Shown in pieces: positions 12,381 through 23,561 of a stretch of 64,000 nt of DNA. The notes beneath the pieces were generated by a model. The model was not told where the DNA came from and made no database searches. It saw only the letters and a list, made by a program, of their open reading frames with translations. The DNA comes from Sphyrna mokarran (Eukaryota), in NCBI GenBank assembly GCA_024679065.1, contig JAGIQG010000003.1, positions 107,446,001-107,510,000 of the forward strand, in the 5' to 3' direction. The translations under genes were made by a program, and so were the position numbers. Each line of letters opens with the position of its first letter. Positions within the stretch are counted from its first letter, which is position 1.

Positions 12381-13221
12381 TTTACTAAACCTGGATTGGA
12401 CTTAAACCTGGTGTTGTCAGACTTCTTACTGTGAAACAATCATGGCAGTTGATGCACATAGATTACATTGCTACAATGGAGGAACAGATGTTTCTCACAA
12501 TTGTTAATGAACATTTGAAATGACCTGAAATAATAACCATAAAATCCACATAACAGCCAACCAAACTATTGAGAAGCTGGATGAAGTATTTGCAGACAAT
12601 TCATACAGTCATTGAAACACTTTATCAAAGCTTCAAAGGACCAAGGCATATTGTTAAGACAAATAAAAATCTGTGATATCATATGGGAGCACCGGACACA
12701 CCACAACAGAGTTCGCCAGTAATGCTGATTTTAAAAAGAAAGCTAGGAACAAAGTTTAATCTTTTAATGCCACCTCATATTTCAGAGTGTGGTGAATGAC
12801 AACAAAAAGCACAGATTGTTAGGAAGGAACAGAACTCGAAAATGTTCACTCGGAGAATGCGTACTAACAAAAGGCTACACTACCAATGAAACATGGTATC
12901 TATCATTATCCTAGCAAAAATCAGCTTCATTACCTTGCAACAGTACAGACAGATGATGAAAGAGCTTGGTGATGCAATACTGACCAGATACTACATTCAC
13001 AAGGTAAAATCACTGAAACTTCACATCAGAAGTTCTAAATGATGATACCTCTGATCAAGAGTAAGCAGAATGACAAATCCAGATTCTGTTTCTGAAGAAT
13101 CACAAATTGAAACTGATACTCAAATAGTTTCACATGAAGAATTACAAACTGAAGAAAACAGGATACTATAAAGGTCTCGAGTAGTCAAATTCTAGAACTT
13201 CAAGTACAACCCAAAAGAAAT

Positions 13222-13560
13222 AGAAATTATTGAAATCCTACAGTACAGAAAAAACCATTTGGTCCATCAAGTCTGCACTGATCACAATCCCACTCAGGCT
13301 CTACCCCCATATCTCTACATACCCACTGATCCCTCTAAGTAGCGCATCTCAGGACACTCAGGGTAATTTTAGCATGGCCAATCAACCTAACCCACACATC
13401 TTTGCACTGTGAGAGGAAACTGGAGCACCCGGAGGAAACTTGCACAGACAAGAGGAGAATGTGCAAACTTCACACAGACAGTGATCCAAGCCAGAAATCC
13501 AACCCAGGTCCCTGGAGCTGTGAAGTAGCGGTGCTAACCCTTGTGCTATCATGCCACCCT
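13222..13560 (-). mobile_element. HE1-like V-SINE inside Gypsy 3' region
   Basis: V-domain and reverse tRNA head present; short AAATA duplication; interrupts PKRNR|..PPERLSY. Confidence 0.9.
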
Positions 13561-13695
13561 AAATAAGCTCCACCTGAGAGACTCTCTTATTAATTGTATG
13601 TATGAAAATAATGTTTCTATGATTTAATTGGGCCTGTTGTTTAAACATCAATAAAAGTTGTCATTTATTTAACTGAAGGAATAAAGGGAAAGGGA

Positions 13696-13907
13696 TATTA
13701 CATATTTAAAGTAATTGCATCTCTGCTGGTAGAACATCATGTGACTTAAGATCACTTACGCAGAGGGATTCATGGGCTTTTGCAGCACTTCCAGTTTGGA
13801 CTTTGGACAAGCAACCTTCAATAAATCTGCATTCGTGTTTCACTTTAACCCATGAGTGTGGTATCTCATTATTTTTCTTTCTTCAAATTCCTGGTCAATA
13901 CTTAACA
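13696..13907 (+). repeat. 3' LTR of Gypsy element
   Basis: Homologous to 7421-7633; preceded by polypurine tract aaggaataaagggaaaggga; ends in CA. Confidence 0.85.
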
Positions 13908-15504
13908 GTGTTATACTCTTCTCTCTTCATATTCATCCAGATTTTTCAAAAGAAAAATACCTATTTATGTAGAGCGAAATATGATTACATATTTGAAGTA
14001 ATGGACAGTGACTGATCAGGTAACAGAACTGAATCAAAATGTTTGAATTCCCATCGCTTATTTTGCAATACAAAGCTCCCTGTACTTGTTTTTCACTCGC
14101 ACATCACGTGCACGTTTTTCGATACAAGGCAATGATATTTGTCTCATTTTCTCTGGAGGATCGAGAGCTTACTACATTAGAGAGGCTTTACGGGAGTTGA
14201 ATTTAACTTTAATCCTGCCAGGTAGTTGCTGAATGATTTTATTTGTGATATGACTGTATTGAGTATTGTAGCTGAAAGAGAACTCCAATTGTTGTCGGTG
14301 GCTGGGTGCAGCAACCAAATCCATGCACTAAAATAATTTTATGTAATAAATACAACATCTAATTAGCAATATGCACATGAAAAGTGGTGTTAGTGTGTGC
14401 CCAATTAATATGCTGCAAAAATGAACTTGTTAGCACACAGTGAGGTAAAATCACGCAGGGATGCTAATTGTGTATGGCAGCAAAACTGTTTGTTTCCAGA
14501 AACTCCATTTCAATACTTAGATAAAACTGTAGATTATGCATTTAATTGGTGGCATTAGTCTGTTACTTAAAAATACCATGAAAATATTATGGTGCACAAG
14601 GGAACTGTACATACTTAGAGTTTTTGTTTTATTGTGTGTGACAGAAACGGTAACAGCATATTACCAAACATATGAATGTTTGACGTTACTGCTTCATATC
14701 TCCACCCTTTGTGATATTAGTCACAGCATATGTTCTTGCAGTGCTTAATTAGCAGCATGACAAAATGCATCTGGGGAGAGCTTATGTAGGATTCGAAAAT
14801 GACTGATTGATTGAATAACAAATCTCAAAACTAATACATTTTTAAAGCTTGACTGTATTAGAAAAGAGCACTGCTGTAGTGCAAGTTTAGAAATAAAATC
14901 AGGAGTCACAGGAGACTGATTTATTTTACTGTTTTCTCATCATAGGCTAACCACCAATGTTATTAGCCCTTGACAGAGGGCCTTTGGGAGACTATTACTT
15001 TTATAGCATCTATTCTGACAAAACAAAAGCTGCATTGAAGACTATAAAAATAACAATTAACAGGTAAAACTCTTCTTCAATCAACAGGATTTTATTTGGA
15101 AGACAAAAAAACACAGGAATCGGTTTTATCTTCTGGGTGCCTGGCCAGTGAGTGTGTCAGCTGCCTGCCCATTCTTGGGATCAAGAGGGCAGAATTGTTT
15201 TCAGGCCTGGGCATCATTTAACTGGAGCTGTGAACTGTCACTGCAAAAGGGACATCCTGATGCAATGTGCCAGATATTGGCTGGTCCCATCTAAGGCAGT
15301 GTAAGATGTGCTGAAGGCATGCTAAGTTGTGACTGCCAATGGGGAGTGTAAGGGAAAGTGCAAGGCAGCTGTGTTCAACTTACTTTTGTGAAGTTACAGA
15401 ATAACATTTTTAAGATATCTTGTTAGGGTCCATTTGGCTTGCACTTCTTTGTTTTTGTTTCATCACTATCTGGCACCGGAAATTTGGGTCCCTTTGTCAC
15501 CCTT

Positions 15505-16700
15505 TATGCATGGGTGAATTCCATTTGCTAACCTTCAGATGGATATTGTGTATTTGGCAGGGAGCACTTCCTCCTCTGAGGAAGAGAGGGAACAAAGATC
15601 AAGGAGGTTTAGTAGTCGCAGGCCTACTCCTTTGTCAGAGATGCAGGTACAGAATGATCAGGACCAGCATAAAACACAAGAACAATGCCCAATGGAAAAT
15701 ACCACTATGTCAGGCTATGCAGGCAGCTATTAAACTTCATTTCCATGACCAACATCCAGTGCTGCAGGAGGCTCTGATTTTGAACAGAAACTGTCATATC
15801 CATTTGCCAGATGATTGGGCCAGATGCAGCCTCCAATTGTGTGTGGGCAGACTCCTAATGCCTGTGACTCTGAAGGTCACTGTGGCACTGAATTTTATGC
15901 CTCTAGATTGTTCCAGTGTGCTGTGGATCATCTAGAGGCTTTCAGTCAGCTGTTTACAGCTATGTCAGCTGGTCACCAATGCTCGACTGGGTGAGTGAAC
16001 AGATACATTCATTTTGGACTGGACTTGGGCGGGTGGCATGGTCACACAGTGATTAGCACTACTGCCTCATGGGTCCAGGGACCTGGGTTCGATTCCTTGC
16101 TTGGTCACAGTCTGTGTGGAGTTTGCACATTCTCCCCATGTCTGCATAGATTTCTTCTGGGTGCTCCAGTTACCTCCCATAGTCCAAAGATGTGCAAGCT
16201 AGGTGGATTTGCCATACTAAACTGTCCCTCAGTGTCAGGGGGCCTAGTTAAGGTAAATGCATGGGGTTATGGGGATAGTGGTATAGGGTGGGATTGTGGA
16301 CAGTGCCGACTTGATGAGCCGAATGGCCTCCTGCATTATGATTCAATGGATTCTAGGTCAGCCAGGCTGAGTAGACGAGAGGATTTGCCACCACTGCAGG
16401 CCTCCCGCATATCCAGAGTGCCACTGATTTCACCCATGTGGCCATCAAGGCACCAGCTGGCCATCCGAAACCATTTGTGAACAAGTTGGTTTTCACTCTA
16501 GAAATATCCAAACTATATGTGGTTGCAAGACCCAGATGCTGCAATTGTGTGCAAGGTACCTGGGCAGCTCGCATGATGCCTATGTTCTTCCACTCCATAG
16601 GTTCCCAGGCTTTTTGCTGCTCCTGTTGAGTTCAATAGGTGCTTGATTGATGACAAGGGTCAGCCACTGAAAAGATAGCTATTGACACCTGACAGGTGTC
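15505..16700 (+). pseudogene. PIF/Harbinger (HARBI1-like) DDE transposase fossil, split by a SINE
   Basis: PVTLKVTVALNF (15880-15895 region), YIHF, and GFATTAGLPHIQSATDFTHVAIKAPAGHPKPFVNK (compare family motif AGFP.V.GAIDCTH..I.AP....VNRKG.HS), DKG.PL..LLTP; frameshifted. Confidence 0.85.
16026..16353 (+). mobile_element. HE1-like V-SINE
   Basis: A-box-like cacagtgattag, B-box GGTTCGATTCC, V-domain gtctgtgtggagtttgcacattctcccc, CR1-type tail. Confidence 0.9.
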
Positions 16701-17257
16701 CATGGACACATCCCAGACATCTCTGAATAGGTTGACATCTTTTGTAGCATACAGGACATATCTGGCTTCAGTGCAGGTAGTTATTTATGGTGAGAAAATT
16801 ACCACAAAACAAATGAAAGCAAATCCATCCAAATCATTAACATTATTCTTTAAGTCAAAAGGAAACAATGATACCCAGCATGGAATCCTGTTCATGACTG
16901 GTGTTTTGAACTTACATCTGTGAATGCAATGCTCAGATTCAGCCCCTTTGATGCTTTTTTGGGACAGAATTCCAAATTTCCACGATATTTTATTTTAAAA
17001 GAAGTGTCATGATTTCATTTCTCGCTGACCTATCTCCAAGATAACGCCTCCTTGTTTACGATTTTCCCATTGGGTGAGATAGGTTGTATCTACCCAGCAC
17101 TGACCACAATCCCACCCAGGCTTGTATCTACCCTGTAGAGTCCCTTTAACATTTTGAACATCTGGATTAGAGAGGAAACCATTGATTTAATTTAATAAAC
17201 AGTACTTTTCTCACTGATATGAGACAAGTTCTTTTTCTCACAGACAATTGCCAACAC

Positions 17258-18280
17258 TTAGAGCTCATGGGATACAAGGACAGGTAGCTAGGTGGATAAG
17301 TAAATGGCTTAGTAATAGCAGACAGAGAGTAATAGTGGAAGGGTGTTTTTCTAGCTGGTGCACCGCAGGGCTCGGTACTGGGACCTCTTCTATTTGTAAT
17401 ATATATATATATATATATAAATGACTTGGAAGAGGGAGTAAGTGGAGTGATCAGCAAGTTTGCAGACGATACAAAGATGGCTGGACTTGCGGATAGTGAG
17501 GAGCATTGTCAGGCGATGCAGCAGGACATAGATAGGCTGGTAGCTTGGGCAGATAGATATCAGTTGGAATTCAATCCTGATAAATGTGAGGTGATGCATT
17601 TCGGGAAAAAGAAAGTAGTGGGGAGGTATATGATAAAAGGTAGACCTATTAAGAGTATAGAAACGCAGAGGGACCTGGGGGTGCAGGTGCACAAGTCTGA
17701 AGGTGGCAGAGCAGGTGGAGAAGGTTGTGAAGAAAGTATATGGTATGCTAGCTTTTATAGGAAGGGGTATAGAGTAGAAGAGCTGGTCTTTAATGTTGCA
17801 GTTGTATCAAACATTAGTTAGACCTCATTTGGAATACTGCGTCCAGTTCTGGTCACCTTACTACCGGAAGGACGTGGAGACTCTGGAGAGAGTGCAAAGA
17901 TGGTTTACCAGAACGCTGCCTGTATGGAAGATCTGAATTACGAGGATAGGTTAGGCAAATTGGGGCTGTTTTCCTTAGAAAGACATAGACTTAGAGGAGA
18001 TCTAATAGAAGTGTTAAGATTATGAGGGGTATAGATAGAGTAAACAGGGGTAAGCTTTTTCCTAGAATGAACTCAAAAACCACGAAGGGTCACGGGCTTT
18101 AGGGTGAGGGGGGTAAGGTATAATTTAGATGCTAGAGGGAGTTTTTTCATACAGAGGTGGTGGGGGTATGGAATGCACTGCCAAGTAAAGTGTGGAGACA
18201 GGCACTCTGGAGTTATTTAAGAGATACTTAGATGGGCACATGAACAGAATGGGAATGGAGGGGTATAAAAAACTGATTTA
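17258..18280 (+). mobile_element. 5'-truncated CR1 LINE, frameshifted RT, with internal (AT)n expansion at 17399-17419
   Basis: PQGSVLGPLLF, ISKFADDTK, FNPDKCEVMHFG and RPHLEYCVQFWSP motifs. Confidence 0.92.
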
Positions 18281-18498
18281 AAATAGGGATCATGAGCCTT
18301 GAGAGTCCCTGGGAAGTGTGTAAATAGCCAATGATATTGATGTACTCATTTTTATCCTACAGGTGCTTTGGTCCGCCTTGTTGTCTAACAAGGGGCATAC
18401 ACGCGATGGGTCATGAGAGGGCTGCTCTTAGATTTTGAGAGTATCCCAGTGCTTCACGTCATTAGTGTACGCTTGACCTGGACCATTTGATGGGCAAC

Positions 18499-18820
18499 AC
18501 GACAGCTCAGTGATTATCGCTGTGCTGTGCAGATACATGGATTTGGGCCTGTGTCTGTGGGAGTTTGCGCATTCTCTCCGTGCTTGCGTGGGTTTTCTCC
18601 GGGTGCTCCGGTTTCCTCCCACATCCCAAAATGTGCTCTTAGGCTAATTGGTAAAATAAATTCTCCCTAAATTGTCTCAAATTTGGTTTTTAATCCATAG
18701 ATCTATAAATGTAGACAGGGATCACGGGTAGAGGTGTGCACATCGGGATGGCGGCACAGGCTCATTGGGCCGAAGGGCCTGTTTCCCGTGCTGTTTTGTT
18801 TTTGTTCTTTGTTCTTTGTT
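18499..18820 (+). mobile_element. V-domain SINE-like segment ending in a CR1 tail (possibly part of the preceding CR1's 3'UTR)
   Basis: gtctgtgggagtttgcgcattctctccgtgcttgcgtgggttttctccgggtgctccggtttcctcccaca; gggccgaagggcctgt followed by (TTTGTTC)n tail. Confidence 0.75.
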
Positions 18821-19095
18821 AACCCTACAGTGCAGAAGGAAGCCATTTAGCCGTTGGAGTCTAGACTGACCACAATCCCACCCAGGCTCTATCCCCATAA
18901 CCCCATGTGTTTATCCTAACTTGTCCCCTGACACTAAGGCGCAATTATGGAAGGAAACTGGAGCACCTGGAGGAAACCCATACAGACATGGGGAAAATGT
19001 ACAAACTCCACACAATTCACCAAAGTTGGGAATTGAACCCAAGTCTTTAGCACTGTGAGGCAGCAGTGCTAACCACTGTGCCACCATGTCACCCA
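18821..19095 (-). mobile_element. HE1-like V-SINE, tail-to-tail with the previous element
   Basis: cctacagtgcagaagga tail, V-domain, and head gcagtgctaaccactgtgccaccatg. Confidence 0.9.
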
Positions 19096-19649
19096 ACTTG
19101 GAATGGACTAACAAATAGAATACTGAAAGTAAAAAAAATTGAATAATTCAATAAATGATGGCATGCAACAATGTGAAAAGTATAGGATTGTTCCAGATAG
19201 CATTCTTCATCAGTAAATGGCTTGTCATCTAGTGAATCTCTAAGGAAATTATGTGATTGGAACCAAGCTGTACGATGACATTTAAAGAAGGCCAGCTCTT
19301 GGATCTAAAGTTCTCCGAAAGGAATGAAAAGGTATTATATTAAACAGCAAACAAACAACATCACTGTATTCTGGGATCTGAAATTCTGTTAAAGCTGCTG
19401 CTGAATTTATAACTCTTGAATTTTGTTCAGCTTTGAAAATGTAACTTTTTTTAAATTCACACAATCCCAGCCATTTTCTTTCTGTCTCATAGAGTAGTGA
19501 ATTTAAAATATTCTGATATTCTTTAGACAGTTTCTTCATTTATTGCACATTTTAAATTCTGTGGTCAATTCTGGCCACCAGAAAATAATGTAGACATTCA
19601 AGCAATGTAGAAAGAACAGCTCAATTGATCCCCATTGATCGAGCCTGAA

Positions 19650-19990
19650 GTAGTGTGAAAATACTGGACAACTGACCTTGTTAACCAAGAAAAGAGGCAT
19701 CTGAGAACCAAGAAATGATCTGATAGAAAGATACAAGGTTTTTGAAGACATAAAGTTAGATGGCTGTGGAAGCAGATTTATGGGCCACAGGTTCAAACAA
19801 ATGTGAGAAATTCTCAAACTGATACCAGGAGATTCTTTCTTATTCATGTAAAGGTGATCACAATGTAAAATTAAGTTCTAGATAAAGTATTGCTGGCAAA
19901 ACTCCTGGCATGCTTTCAGAAGCAACTGGATGCTGCAGTGGGGTGATGGGTCAGTGATTGGATGGATGAACTAAATTGGGCCAATTATCA
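19650..19990 (+). mobile_element. Very old CR1 ORF2 3' fragment
   Basis: gatctgatagaaagatacaagg..gggccacaggttcaaac..ttctttcttattc..aaggtgatc: degenerate GDLIE.YK / RGH.FK / FF..RV motifs. Confidence 0.5.
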
Positions 19991-20904
19991 TCAATCATCT
20001 TGTTATTTTTGGATACTCTATCTGAAGGATTCTGCATAGGCATTGACGGAGTAAGAGAATGTGTATGATTTCATGGAAGTAAACATGTCAATGGGTATAT
20101 AGCCTTTTTGAGCCAGTGATGTTATGTCACCTTTCTCAGTACTGTTACGATGCCAGTAGGGTTCGTTAATGCTTGAAGAGAAATTCTAACACCCAGTGAT
20201 TAACCAAGAGAAATTATATCAAAAGATTCCAGTTTAAAACAATTGCATTGTACTATACAAGAAACAACTCAGGATTTTAGTATTTTAAGCCGTTCTCGTT
20301 AACATTTTTAACATGCCCATGACTCGCCCATCCTGCCACTGGGGAACTTACTGTAGGGGTTGCCTTTAATGCGACTGGAAAATCCTTTCCTATGTTTCCA
20401 ATTTTTAATAAATGCTAGGGTCTTCAGTTGTGCTTGAGGTAACAAGATAAAAATAATTAGTATTTATGAATCAAATAGAACATATTAAGCAGAATTTTAT
20501 ATATACATAACACAAAGGTGTGAAGACAACATTGAAATCCCTCATCCCTCAAGCTCTTATGATTCCTACAGTGTTGCCAACCTCTTCTCTGAGTGGGATT
20601 TTTCAGCACTTCCTGCCGACTGGACTGTCCAGTCCTATCGTAACGCTATATCAACAAAGATTATGTTTTTCCAACTTTTATCCCCACTTCCTACTGTTTT
20701 GGAATCCCTTAGTGGAAATTGTCTTAATTGACCTCTTCCATTGGCTTTGGAGTGAAGCATCTTGTGTCATTCCACCTGCGTAACTCGAGTCACATAGGAT
20801 GAAGACAAACGTTTATCATTTATTCCTCTGGGCCCTCAGAATTTATATTCCATTGCAAACTAATTTAGATACAAAACAGTCACAAAGTCACATCCTCTTA
20901 TTAA

Positions 20905-21210
20905 CAGTTAAGTTTAAGTTTATTAGTGTCACAAGTATTAACACTGCAATGAAGTTACTGTGAAAATCTCCTACTTGCCACAATCTGGCGCCTATGCGGG
21001 TACACCGAGGGAGAATTTTTTTAGCACAGCCAATTCTCCTAACTAGCATGTCTTTCAGATTGTGGAAGGAAACCAGAGCAGTCAGAACAAACTCATGCAT
21101 ACATGGGGAGAACTTGCAGACTCTGCACAGACTGTGACCCAAGTCAGGAATTGAATCTGGGTCCCTGGCACTGTGAGGCAGTAGTGCTAACCACTGTGCC
21201 ACCGTGCTGC
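20905..21210 (-). mobile_element. V-SINE with second tail type
   Basis: (AGTTTA)n tttattagtgtcacaag tail, V-domain and tRNA-like head. Confidence 0.9.
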
Positions 21211-21385
21211 AGTATACTATGGTAAGTATTTTCATGAACGTATTTCATCTATTCCCATAAATACAAAAACCATTAAGAGCAACTATTAAAAACACTTCCA
21301 ACCATAATGTCAAAACAGAAAGATACTCCACTGTCCTGTTGATAGTTAATCAATGAAATCAATGCATACGTTTGTTTAAACATAG

Positions 21386-21593
21386 AGGCCTGAATTTTAT
21401 GAAAGTCACACTGGCAGGATGCTCTGGTCCTGCCAGTAATGAGTCCTTACTATGGGTTTCCCAGCATCATGGGATGGAATCAATGGAAAAGTTTATTGAT
21501 GGCAGCAGGACCGGAGAATTCTGTTGCCAGCAAATGGCACATTGCCTCCAGCAACTGAGAAATTTGCAGCTGGAAGGCTGGAGAATCCCACCC
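21386..21593. mobile_element. MITE of about 205 bp (Harbinger-like GGG..ATTCT ends)
   Basis: Internally similar to 39624-39829; right end ggagaatcccaccc. Confidence 0.6.
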
Positions 21594-23521
21594 AAAGTTA
21601 TCTGAACTTCAACCTACTTTTAAACAGTCCTTCAAAGTTGATTGGAAAAATTTAAATGTATTGTGAGCAACTCAGGCAGCACATGGCTGATTATACTCAA
21701 AACTCTCGGCGACTTAAAATCGTAGGATAATTAAGCGTAGTGTCTCACAAACAACAGCTGCAAAATATCCCAAATGCTTTGACGGTCCATTGTCTCACAA
21801 ACAGAAATTCAAATTAAACCATTTAATTTAAAATGTAGTTAATAAAATCCTTAGATGGTATAGGCCATCAACTCACCCTAAAAATTAGTAGAATTATCAA
21901 AATCTTACAACACTAAGTATGCAGTGAATACTTAGGTGAATACTTTACATCAAAATATATCATAAAAAACATATATTTGAAACTGACCCTCTCCTTTTTC
22001 CTTATTATTTCCCCCAAAATATTGTTGACTATCCAAATTCTTGAAGGGGCAAAGCATAGTAGTATCAAACTCTCAGGAATTCACTTTGATTTCTCCTCAA
22101 TGTTCCAGCCAAGGTCTGAAATTTCATGCTGATTCTTCCATTAGCTTTTGGCTAAGCAATTCTACAGCATTTATTCAAAGCCTCATGAACAGCTAAATTT
22201 CTCCATCTCAGAAATAGCCGTATTTTTAATGGCCTTCTTACTTCTTTTCTGCATTTGTTCTCCAGCTCTTAGCTCTCTTTACCCCACCTGCTGAAATCAG
22301 GGCATTCATTTATCAATTTGGTGACTTCCGCTCCAGTTACCCAAAGACCTTTTAGAAAAATCTCAGAGACAACTTCCTAGAATTCCACCCAAGGTTCTAC
22401 CCTGAATTACTCATCTCCATGGCAACATAGGTTAGTTGAGATGCGCGATAGATTTTCAGATTAATTAACTTTTAGCTTCAAAATCAAACCTTTTGAGTCT
22501 GGGACCCATTTGAATAATTTAAATGTCTAATGAAGTCAGAGCAATCCTCCTCAGACTTGTTGGTGGCAGTTCTCCAGCCACCTGCTGTTTTTTTAATGGC
22601 TTTCTTCCTTCGAACTCTGACCTGATGCGAACACATGAAACCCTTTGAACTGCCATTATTTGAGGTGTTCTGGCAATTTCTAAAATCCAGCATTTTAATT
22701 ATTTTGTCCTTACAATTCCAACTTTCCCAAAACTAAAAAATAACCTCTAACCCTTTTTTATGAATCATGAATTTGATGAATATGATACTGTAAATCAATA
22801 CAATTGCTGAGTAAAGTACATTTATTCTAAGAGCTAACAGATAAACACCAGTCCCAATTTAAAAATATTTTGAACTGAAAATTCCATTTACTTCTTTCTG
22901 TTGCATATGATGCAATGTCTTCTACATTGACTTTCATAGCAAAATGTTCTACAGTGGAATATCAAATGTCAACTCTTTTTTTTAGTTGTAATTAATAAAA
23001 TATTCTTAAGGTTGAAGTTTTCCAACTTCCATATGGGGACAAATGATGGTCCTATGCCCATACATGCTGGCAGAAAGATTAATGGAGCCACTTTCATAAA
23101 GGGATGTAATTGGCCACCTCCAAGCTTGATATCCTGTTCATTATGGTGGGCAGGTTCTTGATGTTGCTAGTCCAATCAGAGAGCAGACAGCTGTGGAGCC
23201 TTGGCAGCTCCACCAAAAAAGGCAAGTTGAGGACCACCAGGGCACCGTTACATGGAGGAGTGGCTTTGCTAAACTCCACATCAAGTAACCAACATGTTGG
23301 CTTGTAGGTGAATTGGCCTATGGGGAACTTCACCACTAGATCAGGTTTGGTTCCAATTGTGGCCTTTCATTAATTCAGACCCCTCTTTATACCATGGAGC
23401 CTCTGGCCCCAATGGCTCCCCAGTCTACATGTAGAGATGCTGGCGTTGGACTGGGGTAGTAAAAACTCAGTAAGAATCTAGCAACACCAATTTTAAATCC
23501 AACCGATTTATTTGATAGTAA

Positions 23522-23561
23522 ATTTGCAAGCTTTCGACCTTTTTGTCTTCGTCAGGCAAAT
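23522..23561 (-). ncRNA. Minimal type I hammerhead ribozyme motif
   Basis: Reverse complement reads auuugc-CUGACGA-A-GAC-aaaaag-GUC-GAAA-GCUU-gcaaau. Confidence 0.82.

Larger units (their letters stand above)
11071..12431 (+). mobile_element. Penelope-like element (GIY-YIG endonuclease 3' part) with inverted pseudo-LTR and internal inversion
   Basis: NVVYLIR*..WYIGETMQTL*QRMNEH...PVGEHF GIY-YIG motifs; inverted arms 11104-11488 and 12043-12432; TSD TGAAACAATCATG at 11058-11070 and 12432-12444. Confidence 0.92.
7421..13907 (+). mobile_element. Decayed full-length Ty3/Gypsy LTR retrotransposon (Mag / 'K02A2.6-like' type)
   Basis: Two homologous LTRs of about 210 bp; TGG PBS-like motif at 7644; purine tract 13677-13695; domain order gag (MAGK..DAFDENSETWN, ERFRFH, CKNCGKMDHISKAH), protease (VDTG), RT (KVEEELERLV..IEP..TPIVP..KPDGSV), RNase H (CDASSYG), HANADALSRL, integrase; many stops and frameshifts. 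Confidence 0.9.

Noticed and set aside
16026-16100. tRNA-like A/B boxes (also in other SINE heads)
   Set aside because: They run directly into V-domain SINE bodies with no cloverleaf; these are SINE heads, not tRNA genes.
15420-16629. Domesticated host HARBI1 gene
   Set aside because: Frameshifts, stops, a SINE insertion and truncation show it is a dead transposon copy.
18345-18440. Strong splice-acceptor-like tttttatcctacag|G (similar sites near 45420 and 45880)
   Set aside because: Stops follow in all frames or no convincing donor follows, and no recognisable peptide is encoded.
20143-22760. Possible minus-strand LTR/ERV remnant (TGTTACGA start; similar LTR-like pieces near 35540, 39830-40095 and 53370)
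   Set aside because: No second LTR, TSD or protein motif that I could verify by eye, so not listed as features.
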